A DNA stretch of 39,470 nt from Myxococcales bacterium (lineage in GTDB: Bacteria > Myxococcota_A > Polyangia > Polyangiales > JADJMO01), in NCBI GenBank assembly GCA_021783935.1, contig JAJXTK010000001.1, forward strand, positions 1 to 39,470, written 5' to 3'. The number at the start of each line of letters is the position of its first letter. The first letter of the stretch is position 1. Both the position numbers and the translations under genes were made by a program. This document shows, one piece after another, positions 1 through 8,138 of the stretch. The notes beneath the pieces are model-generated. The model searched no databases. It was not told the origin of the DNA and was given only the letters and a program-made list of their open reading frames with translations.

Positions 1-831
1 GTCCTTCTCGGCGGTGCCGAGCGCGTGGAAGTAGACCTGCTGATAGAAGTCGAGATCGGCCTCGGGGCGCTCGCCTGCGCGCGGGTAGCGCGTGTACCAG
101 AATCCCTTGCCGTCCTTGCGCCACACGAGGCTGCCGCCCGCGGTGCCGCCGTTGGCGTGCGTGATCACGTCGGCGCTCCGCTCGGCGCCCGTCGCGACCT
201 CGTAGACGTGGACGTCGCCGCTCTCGCTGCCACCGCGCGAGAGCGACACCGCGACGAGCTTGCCGTCGTCGCTCGGCGAAAACCAGTCGATCGCCGTCGC
301 GCCGCTCGCATCGAGCACGTTGGGATCGACGACGGCGCGCTCGCTGGTCGCGTCGTCGGCGCTCGCGAGGGTCACGAGGTACGGCTGCTGCTTCGGCGGC
401 TTGTCGCGCAGCGAGAAGAGCGCGCCGCGCCGCTCTTGCATCGAGAAGTGCACGCCGCTCGCCGAGGTGAGCAACGCCCGCACGCGCTCGCGGATCGCGG
501 GGCGATCGGGCAGCGCGTCGAGCACCTTGCGCGTGTAGGCGTTCTCGGCGTCGCTCCACGCCTTCACGCCGGGATCGGCGCCGTCTTCGAGCCAGCGGTA
601 GTCGTCGACCACCGTGACGCCGTGGTAGGTCGTCGCGATCGGCCGCTTCGGCGTCTGGGGAGGCCGCGGGGCCGTCTCGACCGACGAGGAGGCGATCGGC
701 GCGACGGAGGCCGACGCGGGCGCCTGCACGCCCGAGGGCGAGGGGGCGATCGTGGCGGGCGGCGCACCGCATGCGGCCAGGAGGAGCGTGATCGAGACGA
801 GCGGTCGAGGCGTTCGGTAGGGGGCGTGCAC
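1..831 (-). CDS. prolyl oligopeptidase (S9A) family lipoprotein, N-terminal part; gene runs off the window start
   Basis: My own minus-strand translation from GTG at 831 gives VHAPYRTPRPLVSITLLLAACG (signal peptide plus lipobox). It continues TTYHGVTVVDDYRWLEDGADPGVKAWSDAENAYTRKVLD ... FYQQVYFHALGTAEKD, the classic prolyl endopeptidase N-terminus and propeller start. The ORF is open to position 1 and is absent from the track because it is partial. Confidence 0.8.
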   Translation of the reverse strand, partial: MHAPYRTPRPLVSITLLLAACGAPPATIAPSPSGVQAPASASVAPIASSSVETAPRPPQTPKRPIATTYHGVTVVDDYRWLEDGADPGVKAWSDAENAYTRKVLDALPDRPAIRERVRALLTSASGVHFSMQERRGALFSLRDKPPKQQPYLVTLASADDATSERAVVDPNVLDASGATAIDWFSPSDDGKLVAVSLSRGGSESGDVHVYEVATGAERSADVITHANGGTAGGSLVWRKDGKGFWYTRYPRAGERPEADLDFYQQVYFHALGTAEKD

Positions 832-994
832 GGCGGGGATGGTAGTGCGCCGGCGCACGTAATCGAAGTCGGATGCCAGGCGACATCCACGCACGAAAGT
901 CGGTTCCGCCGAGGACGAAGGTCTTGTCTCGAACCCGAGATGGTTGTTCAGATCGGACAAGGGGAGGCAGCCAAGACCTCTTGGTGCTAGGCGC

Positions 995-1454
995 ATGAAC
1001 GACTCAGAAGTCCTTCGAACCATCGAGCGCATCGAGCGCGACCTCGCGCGCCTGCAGGCCGAGGCCGCGGCGCTGCGGGCGCACGTGACGAGCCGGCCGC
1101 CGCCGGCGATGAGCGTACGCAGCGGCGCGAGCAAGGTCACACGCCGCGAAACACTCGCCTTTGCCGGCCTCGAGCCCGACGTGGCACTCGCGGCGCCCGC
1201 GATCGTGCCCTCCTCGGTGCCAGCCATACCGAAGGCCCCGTCGACGCCGAGGGTCCAACGCGGCGAGCTGCCCACCGACACGGTCCCGCCGCTGGCGCGG
1301 GCCGCGGTCTCGCCGCGCAGCACGCGCTCGCGCGACACGATGCCGGCGCCGCCCGGAGGGGTCGGGGGTGCGGCGTCCGGCGCGCGACGACGACGAGGGG
1401 GGTCGCTACGGCTTCGTCGTCGAGGCACGCGCCAAAGGCGGCAAGCCGCGCTGA
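995..1454 (+). CDS. hypothetical protein with N-terminal coiled coil; apparent frameshift near 1355-1390
   Basis: ATG 995 gives MNDSEVLRTIERIERDLARLQAEAAALRAHV, which is plausible. Codons 944-994 have low GC3, so 944 is unlikely to be the start. After about 1385 this frame turns to Arg-rich junk, while the frame of ORF 1161..1454 reads ARDDDEGGRYGFVVEARAKGGKPR-stop with good GC3. Confidence 0.3.
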
Positions 1455-1596
1455 GCGCCGCTGCACGCCGGCGCCGACTCCGCCGCCTTGCGACGCCGCC
1501 CAGCCCGGACGCGAGCGCGGGCGTGACGGTCTGCGGCGGGCGCAGCCCGACATTTGCGTCCCGAACGGGGAGCCGTCGCGTTGGGTTGCGCAACTG

Positions 1597-1614
1597 ATTC
1601 TGCAAATGCAGAAT
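1597..1614. promoter_or_regulatory. AT-rich perfect inverted repeat ATTCTGCA-AA-TGCAGAAT, candidate operator/promoter element just upstream of the GMC oxidoreductase start
   Basis: Read directly: 8-bp arms with a 2-nt spacer, ending 7 nt before ATG 1622. It is AT-rich in a very GC-rich background. A TTGCGC (1586-1591) lies 18 nt upstream of an AGAATA -10-like hexamer (1610-1615). Confidence 0.35.
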
Positions 1615-1621
1615 ACTGCGC

Positions 1622-3664
1622 ATGGACCTCTCCGGCTCGTTCTCCCGCGCCTCCGACCTGAGCGGCGACGAGGGCGGTCTCCGCGGCACGGACGTGGAGC
1701 TCCCCGCGCCAGTGGCCCCGCGCGATCCCTTCGCCGGGCAGCGCGAGTGGTCGCTCGGCGAACGCGAGGAGCGCATCGTCGTCGCGCTGGCGGAGGCGGT
1801 GGCGCCGGCGGGGCACGGCCTGCCCGGCGGGGGCACGGCCACGCTCGAGCGGCTGCGGAAGTTCATGCGGGGCAACAGCGTCGACTTCCAGGTCGCCTAC
1901 CGCGCACTGCTCTGGATGGTCGAGCTCTCGACCGTGCCCACGAAGGGGCGCCCCTTCACGCGGCTGCCGCGCGAGGAGCGCGAGCGGTTTCTCGACGCGT
2001 GGACCGACGCCGAGTCACAGGCCTCGCGGCAGGCGCTGCGGGCGGCGCTCACGCCGCTCAAGTACGCGCACTTCGACGACGCGACGATGTTCGAGCAGGT
2101 CGGCTGCCGCTACCAGACCGAGAGGCTCGAGCACGAGGAGCGGCCGCGCTGGCTCTCGCAGGTCACCGACGGCCGGGAGCTCGGCGACGCGAGCGCTCCC
2201 GAGCACGAGCTCGAGGCCGAGGTCGTGGTGATCGGCACGGGCGCCGGCGGGGCCGCGGCGGCCTACGAGCTCGCGCGACGCGGGCACGCGGTGCTGATGC
2301 TCGAGGAGGGGGACTACCACCGTCGCGGCGCGTTCAACGGTCGCGCGCCCGACATGACCAAGCTGCTCTATCGAGAGCGCGGCGTGACGATCGCGTGGGG
2401 CAACGTCGGCATCCCCGTGTGGACCGGCCGCATGGTCGGCGGCACCACCGCGATCAACAGCGGCACCTGCTACCGCACGCCCGGGCACGTGCTCGCAGAC
2501 TGGCAGTCTAGCTTCGGACTCACCGATCTCGGGGAGTCGTCGCTCGCCCCCTACTACGAGCGCGTCGAGGCGATGCTCCAGGTGACGGCCGCCGAGCGCG
2601 AGCTCCTCGGCGGGGTCGGGCGCGTCGTCGAGCGCGGCGCGCGGCGGCTAGGCCTGCTCCACCACGGGCCGCTCCGTCGCAACGCGCCCGACTGCGACGG
2701 GCAGGGGATCTGCGCCTTCGGCTGCCCGACGGGCGCGAAGCGATCGACCGACGTGAGCTACGTCCCCGCGGCGCTCGAGCGGGGCGCGCAGCTGTTGACC
2801 GCCGCAAAGGTCGACAAGGTCGTGATCGAGGCGGGCGTCGCCCGCGGCGTCGTCGGCACGCTGCGCAACGGGCGGCGCTTCTCGGTGAAGGCGACCGCGG
2901 TCGTGGTCGCCGGCGGGACGTTCATGACGCCGCTGTTGCTGCGCGCCTCGGGGCTGCGCTCGAAGTGGCTCGGCAAGAACCTCTCGATCCACCCGGCGAC
3001 CAAGGTCATCGCGCTCTTCGACGAGCCCATCGACATGTCGCGCGGCATCCCCCAGGGCTACGCGATCGAGGACCTCGCCGCCGACGGGATCATGCTCGAA
3101 GGGGGCTCCACGCCGCTCGACGTGACGGCGGTCGCCGTGCCGTGGGTCGGCACGCGCTTCATGGAGGTGATGGCGAAGTACAAGCAGCTCGCGACGTTCG
3201 GGATGATGATCAAGGACACCGCGCGCGGCTCCGTTCGACGTGGCCCCGGCGGCAAGCCGCTCATCGCCTACGACACCAACCGTGAAGACGTCGCGCGCAT
3301 GCAGCGCGGCGTGGTGAAGCTCGTCGAGCTGTTCCAGGCCGCGGACGCACGACGCGTCTTCCCGTTCGTCGCGGGAGCGCACGAGATCACCTCGCGCGCA
3401 AAGCTCGAGGCCTTGCGGGCGCGCAGGCTCCGCCCCGGCGACGTCGAGACGACGGCGTTCCACCCGCTCGGCACCTGCCGCCTCGGCGCCGATCCGCGCG
3501 AGAGCGTGATCGGCCCGGACCACGAGGCGCACGAGGTGCAGAACCTCTACGTGATGGACGGCAGCGCGATCCCGTCGTCGCTCGGCGTCAACCCGCAGCT
3601 GACGATCATGGCGCTGGCGCTGCGCGCCTCCGAGCGGCTCTCCGAGCGGCTCGGCGGAGGGTGA
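1622..3664 (+). CDS. GMC family FAD-dependent oxidoreductase with about 200-aa N-terminal extension
   Basis: FAD Rossmann motif VVVIGTGAGGAAAAYELARRGHAVLMLEEG. C-terminal GMC signature HPLGTCRLG ... NLYVMDGSAIPSSLGVNPQLTIMALALR. The N-terminal extension (EREERIVVALAEAVAPAG...) resembles the small subunit-3 partner of gluconate 2-dehydrogenase-type enzymes (from memory, weaker). Confidence 0.9.
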   Translation: MDLSGSFSRASDLSGDEGGLRGTDVELPAPVAPRDPFAGQREWSLGEREERIVVALAEAVAPAGHGLPGGGTATLERLRKFMRGNSVDFQVAYRALLWMVELSTVPTKGRPFTRLPREERERFLDAWTDAESQASRQALRAALTPLKYAHFDDATMFEQVGCRYQTERLEHEERPRWLSQVTDGRELGDASAPEHELEAEVVVIGTGAGGAAAAYELARRGHAVLMLEEGDYHRRGAFNGRAPDMTKLLYRERGVTIAWGNVGIPVWTGRMVGGTTAINSGTCYRTPGHVLADWQSSFGLTDLGESSLAPYYERVEAMLQVTAAERELLGGVGRVVERGARRLGLLHHGPLRRNAPDCDGQGICAFGCPTGAKRSTDVSYVPAALERGAQLLTAAKVDKVVIEAGVARGVVGTLRNGRRFSVKATAVVVAGGTFMTPLLLRASGLRSKWLGKNLSIHPATKVIALFDEPIDMSRGIPQGYAIEDLAADGIMLEGGSTPLDVTAVAVPWVGTRFMEVMAKYKQLATFGMMIKDTARGSVRRGPGGKPLIAYDTNREDVARMQRGVVKLVELFQAADARRVFPFVAGAHEITSRAKLEALRARRLRPGDVETTAFHPLGTCRLGADPRESVIGPDHEAHEVQNLYVMDGSAIPSSLGVNPQLTIMALALRASERLSERLGGG

Positions 3665-4495
3665 TCACGCGCGCGCGTACAGCTCGCCGACGACCCTTCG
3701 CCAGGCGAGCGGCAACGTGTCTGGATCGCCCGAGCCGTTGCCGATGCGCTCGAGGAAGGCCTGGTGCGCGTTCGCTCGACCGGTGCGCGCCGCGCGCGCC
3801 GCGACCAGCACGATCGCCGCCTGCTCGATGATCTCACGCGGACAGTCGAGGTGCGCCGCGCACGCCGCCTCGCGGATCTCGTCGACGGTCACCTCGTGCG
3901 CCGCGCGCCACGCAGCCTGCCCTGCCGTCAGCGGCGGCTCCTCGCCGGGCGCGCCGACCCACACGGTCGCGCGCCCCTCCTCTCGGAGCACGCGACCCCG
4001 GAGGCGCAGCGCGCGCGAGCAGCGCACCGAGCAGACGCCGAGCGCCGGCGCGGCGGGGCGCACGGCGACGAGGGCTGGCTCGAGGCGCGAGCGCGCGCCG
4101 ACCACGCGTGGCAGGCGCGCGTGCTCGTCGGCCTCGAGCACCGCGGCGCCGCGGAGCAGCTCGACCCCGGCCTCTTCGGCGAGCAGGACCGGCAACAGCC
4201 ACGGCCGCGCGAGCTGCTCGGCCTTCAGCTCTCGCAGCTCGCGCCGCTCGCACGCCCGCGCCTGCTCGACGTCGGCGAACAGCCACGCGAGCAGCTGTGC
4301 ACGCGCGAGCTGCTCCTGCGCGGGGAGCGCGGCGGCGAGCAGGCTTCGATCGCCCCCGAGGGTGCGGCCCGCGGCGGGGCCGAGGTGCGCCTCGGCGAAC
4401 GCGACGTAGACGGGATCGTAGATGGACGCGGCGAGCCCCGCCGTCCCCTCGACGTGCGCGAGGACGTGGAAGACCAGGTCGAGCCACGAGGCCAT
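3665..4495 (-). CDS. hypothetical protein
   Basis: Track ORF 3665..4504 starts at a TTG; ATG at 4495 (MASWLDLVFHVLAHVEG...) is more likely. Non-repetitive sequence with consistent GC3 and no family recognised. Convergent and abutting the GMC stop. Confidence 0.6.
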   Translation of the reverse strand: MASWLDLVFHVLAHVEGTAGLAASIYDPVYVAFAEAHLGPAAGRTLGGDRSLLAAALPAQEQLARAQLLAWLFADVEQARACERRELRELKAEQLARPWLLPVLLAEEAGVELLRGAAVLEADEHARLPRVVGARSRLEPALVAVRPAAPALGVCSVRCSRALRLRGRVLREEGRATVWVGAPGEEPPLTAGQAAWRAAHEVTVDEIREAACAAHLDCPREIIEQAAIVLVAARAARTGRANAHQAFLERIGNGSGDPDTLPLAWRRVVGELYARA

Positions 4496-4573
4496 CGGCG
4501 GCAAGCGTAGCGCGCGCGCTATGATCGATTGGCGGAAAGCGCGGCAATTCGACGCGCGATAGGGTTGCAGGAT

Positions 4574-5275
4574 ATGCGCATCGTCGTCCTCTTCGATCTA
4601 GACGGCACGGTCCTCACATTCGACGGGGCGTCGCCAGGGCCGGGACGCGTGGCCATGCGACGCGCAGTGCGCGATTGGGTCGACCTCGAGGACGCGACGT
4701 CGGGCGTGCGCTTCGCGGGCCGCACCGATCGCGCCATCGTGCGCGCCATGCTGACCGGCGCGGGGTATCGAGGCGATCTCGACCTCGCCGTCGAAGAGGG
4801 CATCGCGCGCTACCTCGTCCTGCTGGCGGACGAAGTGCGTCGCCGCCCCTACCTCCCCGTCGGCGACGTCACCGGGGCCGTCACGCGCCTTCGCGCGCGC
4901 GGCGCGTGCGTCGGCCTCGGCACCGGCAACGTGCGCGAGGGGGCCGCCATCAAGCTCGCCTCCGCGGGGCTGCTCGCGAGCTTCGATCTCGAGCGCGGCG
5001 GCTACGGCAGCGACGCCGAGGATCGCAGCGAGCTGCTGCGCGTGGCGGCCGCGCGCTGCGCGCAGGCGAGCTTCGCGGGGGCCGAGGTCGTGGTGGTCGG
5101 CGACACGCGCCTCGACGTCGAGGCCGCGCGCGCCATCGGCGCGAAGGTGGTCGGCGTCGCGGCGACGGTCAGCGCGCGCGAAGAGCTCGAGGAGGCGCGG
5201 GCCGACGCGATCGTCGAGGCGTGCGGCGAGGCGCTCGTCGCTGCGATCGAGGCGGTCACATCCCGGCGATCATGA
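4574..5275 (+). CDS. HAD-superfamily hydrolase (phosphoglycolate phosphatase-like)
   Basis: MRIVVLFDLDGTV (DxDGT motif I), GLGTGN, and VVVGDTRLDVEAARAIGAKVVGVA (motif IV). ATG 4574 is preferred over the upstream start at 4529. Confidence 0.85.
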   Translation: MRIVVLFDLDGTVLTFDGASPGPGRVAMRRAVRDWVDLEDATSGVRFAGRTDRAIVRAMLTGAGYRGDLDLAVEEGIARYLVLLADEVRRRPYLPVGDVTGAVTRLRARGACVGLGTGNVREGAAIKLASAGLLASFDLERGGYGSDAEDRSELLRVAAARCAQASFAGAEVVVVGDTRLDVEAARAIGAKVVGVAATVSAREELEEARADAIVEACGEALVAAIEAVTSRRS

Positions 5276-6032
5276 GCCCGCCGTCGACGACGAGCGTGTG
5301 CCCTGTGACGAACGACGCGGCGTCGCTCGCGAGGAAGAGCGCGGCGCCGGCGATCTCGTGCGGCTGCGCGTACCGGCGCATCGGCGTGCGCTCGACGACG
5401 CGCTGGACGATGTCGGGGTTGTGCACGATGGCCGCCGCGAACTTCGTGTCGACGAGGCCCGGCGCGACGGCGTTCACGCGGACGCCCGAGGGGGCGAGCT
5501 CGACGGCGAGCGTCTGGGTCATCGAGACGACGGCGGCCTTGGTCATGCCGTAGACCCCCTGCAGCGGCGCGCCCGAGAGCGCGACGATGCTCGCGACGTT
5601 GACGATCGACCCCTTGGCGCCCCGATCGATCAGGTGATTGGCGACCGCGCGCGCGAGCTCGAAATACCCGCGCAGGTTGACGTCGAAGGTCTTGTCCCAC
5701 TGCGCGCGCTCGACGGTGAGCAGCGGCCCGAAGTGCGGGTTGGTGGCGGCGTTGTTCACCAGCACGTCGATGCGGCCGTACTTGGCGATGGTGGCCTCGA
5801 CGAGCTTCGGGATCTGCTCGAGCTCCCCCGCGTGGAACGCTACGCCGTGCGCGTCGCCGCCCGCCTCGCGGATCGCGGCCGCCGCGCGGTCGCACCCCTC
5901 CTGCTTGCGCGAGGCGACGACGACCTTCGCGCCGGCGGCCGCGTAGGCGCGCGCGATGGCCTCGCCGATCCCACGCGTGCCGCCGGTGACGAGCGCGACC
6001 TTGTTCTCGAGGTGGACGAGGGGCTTTTGCAT
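5256..6032 (-). CDS. SDR family oxidoreductase (short-chain dehydrogenase)
   Basis: MQKPLVHLENKVALVTGGTRGIGEAIA (TGxxxGIG), NNAA, and catalytic YGMTKAA (YxxxK). The upstream 295 aa of track ORF 5256..6917 is Arg-rich junk. ATG at 6032. Confidence 0.9.
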   Translation of the reverse strand: MQKPLVHLENKVALVTGGTRGIGEAIARAYAAAGAKVVVASRKQEGCDRAAAAIREAGGDAHGVAFHAGELEQIPKLVEATIAKYGRIDVLVNNAATNPHFGPLLTVERAQWDKTFDVNLRGYFELARAVANHLIDRGAKGSIVNVASIVALSGAPLQGVYGMTKAAVVSMTQTLAVELAPSGVRVNAVAPGLVDTKFAAAIVHNPDIVQRVVERTPMRRYAQPHEIAGAALFLASDAASFVTGHTLVVDGGLMIAGM

Positions 6033-6079
6033 CGGGGCGAAGGCTACCAGAAGCGCGGCGGCGCCCGCCGGCGCGACCG

Positions 6080-7405
6080 CTACTGCCCGCCCTCGTCCCT
6101 CGCCCGTCGGATGTCGATCCCGAGGCGCGCGGCCTCGCGATAGAGCGCCTGCCGCGACAGGTGCAGCGCCCGCGCCGCGGCGGCGACGGAGCCCTTGTGC
6201 TGCACGAGGGCCGCGCGGATCTTCTCGGCGTCGGACGCGACCCCCTCGGCCTTGGCCTCGGAGGCCTGACGCCCACCGCGCCGGCTCAGCGGCCGCACGA
6301 GGTGCTCCGGCCCGAGGCGCGGGACCTCGGCGTGCGCGTCCGCGATGCGATCGACGAGCTCGACCAGCTCCTCGAGCTCGCCCGGCCACGCGGCGCGCGC
6401 GAAGGCCTCGTAGAGCTCGATCGACAGGCGGTTGCCGCCGACGCCGCGCTTCTCGAAGCGCGTGCGCACGAGCGTGGGGATCTCCTCGCGGCGCGTCTCG
6501 ATCGAGGGGACATCGACCCGATGCCCCCCCTCGCGCACGAGCGCCCCGAGCGTGGCCGCGTCGTCGTGGGCGTCGTCGAGGACGAAGAAGATCGCGGCCT
6601 TGCCGCGCCGCGCGAGCGAGGCCCGCACGACGCCGTCGCGCCGCGCGGCGTCGAGCGCCCCGAGGCCCCGAAGGACAGCACCCCCCTTGGCGAAGGCCGC
6701 GCCGAGCGCGCGCTCGAGAGCGTCGTCGCCGCCCAGGGCTTCGACGTCGAGGTCGAAGCCACCTGCGTCGGACGGCTCGGCCATCGCCGTGAGCCCCCAC
6801 GCGGCGGCCATGCGTCGGATGGCGCTGCGGCGGCCGCACCCCGGCCTGCCGACGATGGCGACGACGCGCTTGCCTTCGCGCCCCGCGGCGGCCGCGGCGT
6901 CGAGCGTGCCGAGCCAACCGCGCTTGCTGCGCGGGCCACGGACGATTCCGCCGTCGTCGACGACGGCCCCTTCGTAGGTGCCGATGTCCTTGTCGACGAC
7001 GAGGGCGATGGCGCCGCCGATGCGAAGCAGATCGCCGTCGCTCAGGACGGTGCGCGAGGCGCGCATGCCGCTGACGTAGATTCCCGACGGGGTGCCATTA
7101 TCGGTGATGTAGATCTCGAGCGGCCCGCCCGGCAGGCGCGGGACGAGCTCCACGCGCGCGTGCAGCGGCGCCACGCCCGGCGCGTCGAGCAGCAGGTCGG
7201 CCTCTTCGCTACGGCCGAGGGTCCCCCCGTGACCGAGCGCCATCGCACGAATGCGCCCCGGGTGCGGGGCGAGCAGGAACGCGAAGCCCGGGCCGCGATC
7301 GTTGGCGAGGTTCCGATCGCGCGCGCCCGTCGCGCCGGCCGTCGGAGCCCGCAGGGCGCTCGGCACCGGTTTCCCTGTGGGTCGCTTGATGGCTGCGTTG
7401 GTCAT
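6080..7405 (-). CDS. FHA-domain transcriptional regulator with degenerate sigma54-type AAA+ core and Fis-type HTH
   Basis: ATG 7405 (MTNAAIKRPTGK); the longer track ORF would run through the tRNA. FHA-like segment GRSEEADLLLDAPGVAPLHARVE...ITDNGTPSGIYVSG...LSDGDLLRIGG. AAA+-like segment GRPGCGRRS ... PSIETRREEIPTLV ... WPGELEELV. C-terminal HTH SVAAAARALHLSRQALYREAARLGI. Confidence 0.8.
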   Translation of the reverse strand: MTNAAIKRPTGKPVPSALRAPTAGATGARDRNLANDRGPGFAFLLAPHPGRIRAMALGHGGTLGRSEEADLLLDAPGVAPLHARVELVPRLPGGPLEIYITDNGTPSGIYVSGMRASRTVLSDGDLLRIGGAIALVVDKDIGTYEGAVVDDGGIVRGPRSKRGWLGTLDAAAAAGREGKRVVAIVGRPGCGRRSAIRRMAAAWGLTAMAEPSDAGGFDLDVEALGGDDALERALGAAFAKGGAVLRGLGALDAARRDGVVRASLARRGKAAIFFVLDDAHDDAATLGALVREGGHRVDVPSIETRREEIPTLVRTRFEKRGVGGNRLSIELYEAFARAAWPGELEELVELVDRIADAHAEVPRLGPEHLVRPLSRRGGRQASEAKAEGVASDAEKIRAALVQHKGSVAAAARALHLSRQALYREAARLGIDIRRARDEGGQ

Positions 7406-7578
7406 CGGCTCCGTCCGCCCGCGAATATGTCGCGAACGTATCACGTCCAACTGGGGCGGTGCGCGACGCGAAAGTGCCGAGACGGGACCCCGAAAAATGA
7501 TCGTTGACGAGACGGGAGCGGCAAGGGTACAAAGTCGCTCCCTTCGCCGCGGAACCCTGGCCGTGGGGAGGGCAGTCT

Positions 7579-7650
7579 GCGGGAGTAACTCAGTGGTAGA
7601 GTGCCACCTTGCCAAGGTGGACGTCGCGGGTTCAAGTCCCGTCTCCCGCT
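7579..7650 (+). tRNA. tRNA-Gly (anticodon GCC), no encoded CCA
   Basis: Hand-folded cloverleaf. Acceptor GCGGGAG/CTCCCGC. D arm ACTC-AGTGGTA-GAGT. Anticodon arm CCACC-TTGCCAA-GGTGG. Variable loop ACGTC. T arm GCGGG-TTCAAGT-CCCGT. Discriminator T. Confidence 0.95.
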
Positions 7651-7670
7651 CAAAAGCAGACGCGAACAAG

Positions 7671-7703
7671 AAGCCGGTTGGAGCGACGCGCTCCGCCGGC
7701 CTT
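7671..7703 (+). terminator. imperfect GC-rich hairpin downstream of tRNA-Gly (possible terminator or processing hairpin)
   Basis: AAGCCGGTTGGAGCG-ACG-CGCTCCGCCGGCCTT: 15-nt arms with 2 mismatches and no T-tract. Confidence 0.25.
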
Positions 7704-7900
7704 CGCGCGTGACTCACGCTGCGCCGGGCCCAATGGCGCGCGCCAAGGGCGACCGTGGGGGGGGGGTGCCGGGCTCGCATTTCCGGCCAGCTCCGGTCGA
7801 AGTCTGCGACAGGCTCGAGCTGCCCGAGTCGGCTCCGCGTGGTGCGGCGCTCGAGGCTCTTGCGGGCTTCTTGGACCGCGCCGGTCGTTGGAAGGCTCGC

Positions 7901-8028
7901 GCTAGCAGGCCGTTGAGAAACGGCCTGCGGAAACTGTGACCGTCAGCAGGCTGTGGTCGATCGCGCGTGGAGATCGCGGCATGACCCGGGAGAGGATCGG
8001 CCGGTCTCGGAGAAACTCCACAGCCTGC
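7901..8028 (+). repeat. copy 1 of a 127/128-nt structured dispersed repeat (MITE-like or small-RNA-like)
   Basis: Matches 29581-29707 in the same orientation, with one 1-nt indel and one substitution (GCGCGTGGAGATCGCGG versus GCGCG-GGAGCTCGCGG). Contains a 10-bp hairpin with a GAGA tetraloop (GCAGGCCGTT-GAGA-AACGGCCTGC) and long-range complementarity GCAGGCTGTGG/CCACAGCCTGC. Confidence 0.85.
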
Positions 8029-8068
8029 CAGGCGGCCTGACCATCGCCGTCTACGAGGGCCAACGCAC

Positions 8069-8108
8069 AAAAGCGCGAACGCGCGCGCGCGGAGGCCATC
8101 ACGCCTCC
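8069..8108 (-). terminator. candidate intrinsic terminator of the RRM-protein gene
   Basis: On the minus strand, after the stop at 8139: hairpin GGAGGC-GTGATG-GCCTCC, then a GCGCG-CGTT-CGCGC hairpin followed by TTTT. Confidence 0.35.
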
Positions 8109-8138
8109 CCGCACGCGCGTGCGCGTGGAATCCGACGT

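Noticed and set aside
832-1460. A minus-strand frame stays open from about 1460 down into the prolyl oligopeptidase gene and shows high GC3 around 1140-1380 (…RWTLGVDGAFGMAGTEEGTIAG…).
   Set aside because: It shares its wobble position with the plus-strand ORF 995.., which explains the GC3. Its 832-994 segment has poor GC3, and the 995-1100 segment translates to junk. The peptidase has its own GTG plus lipoprotein signal at 831, so this is an antisense shadow.
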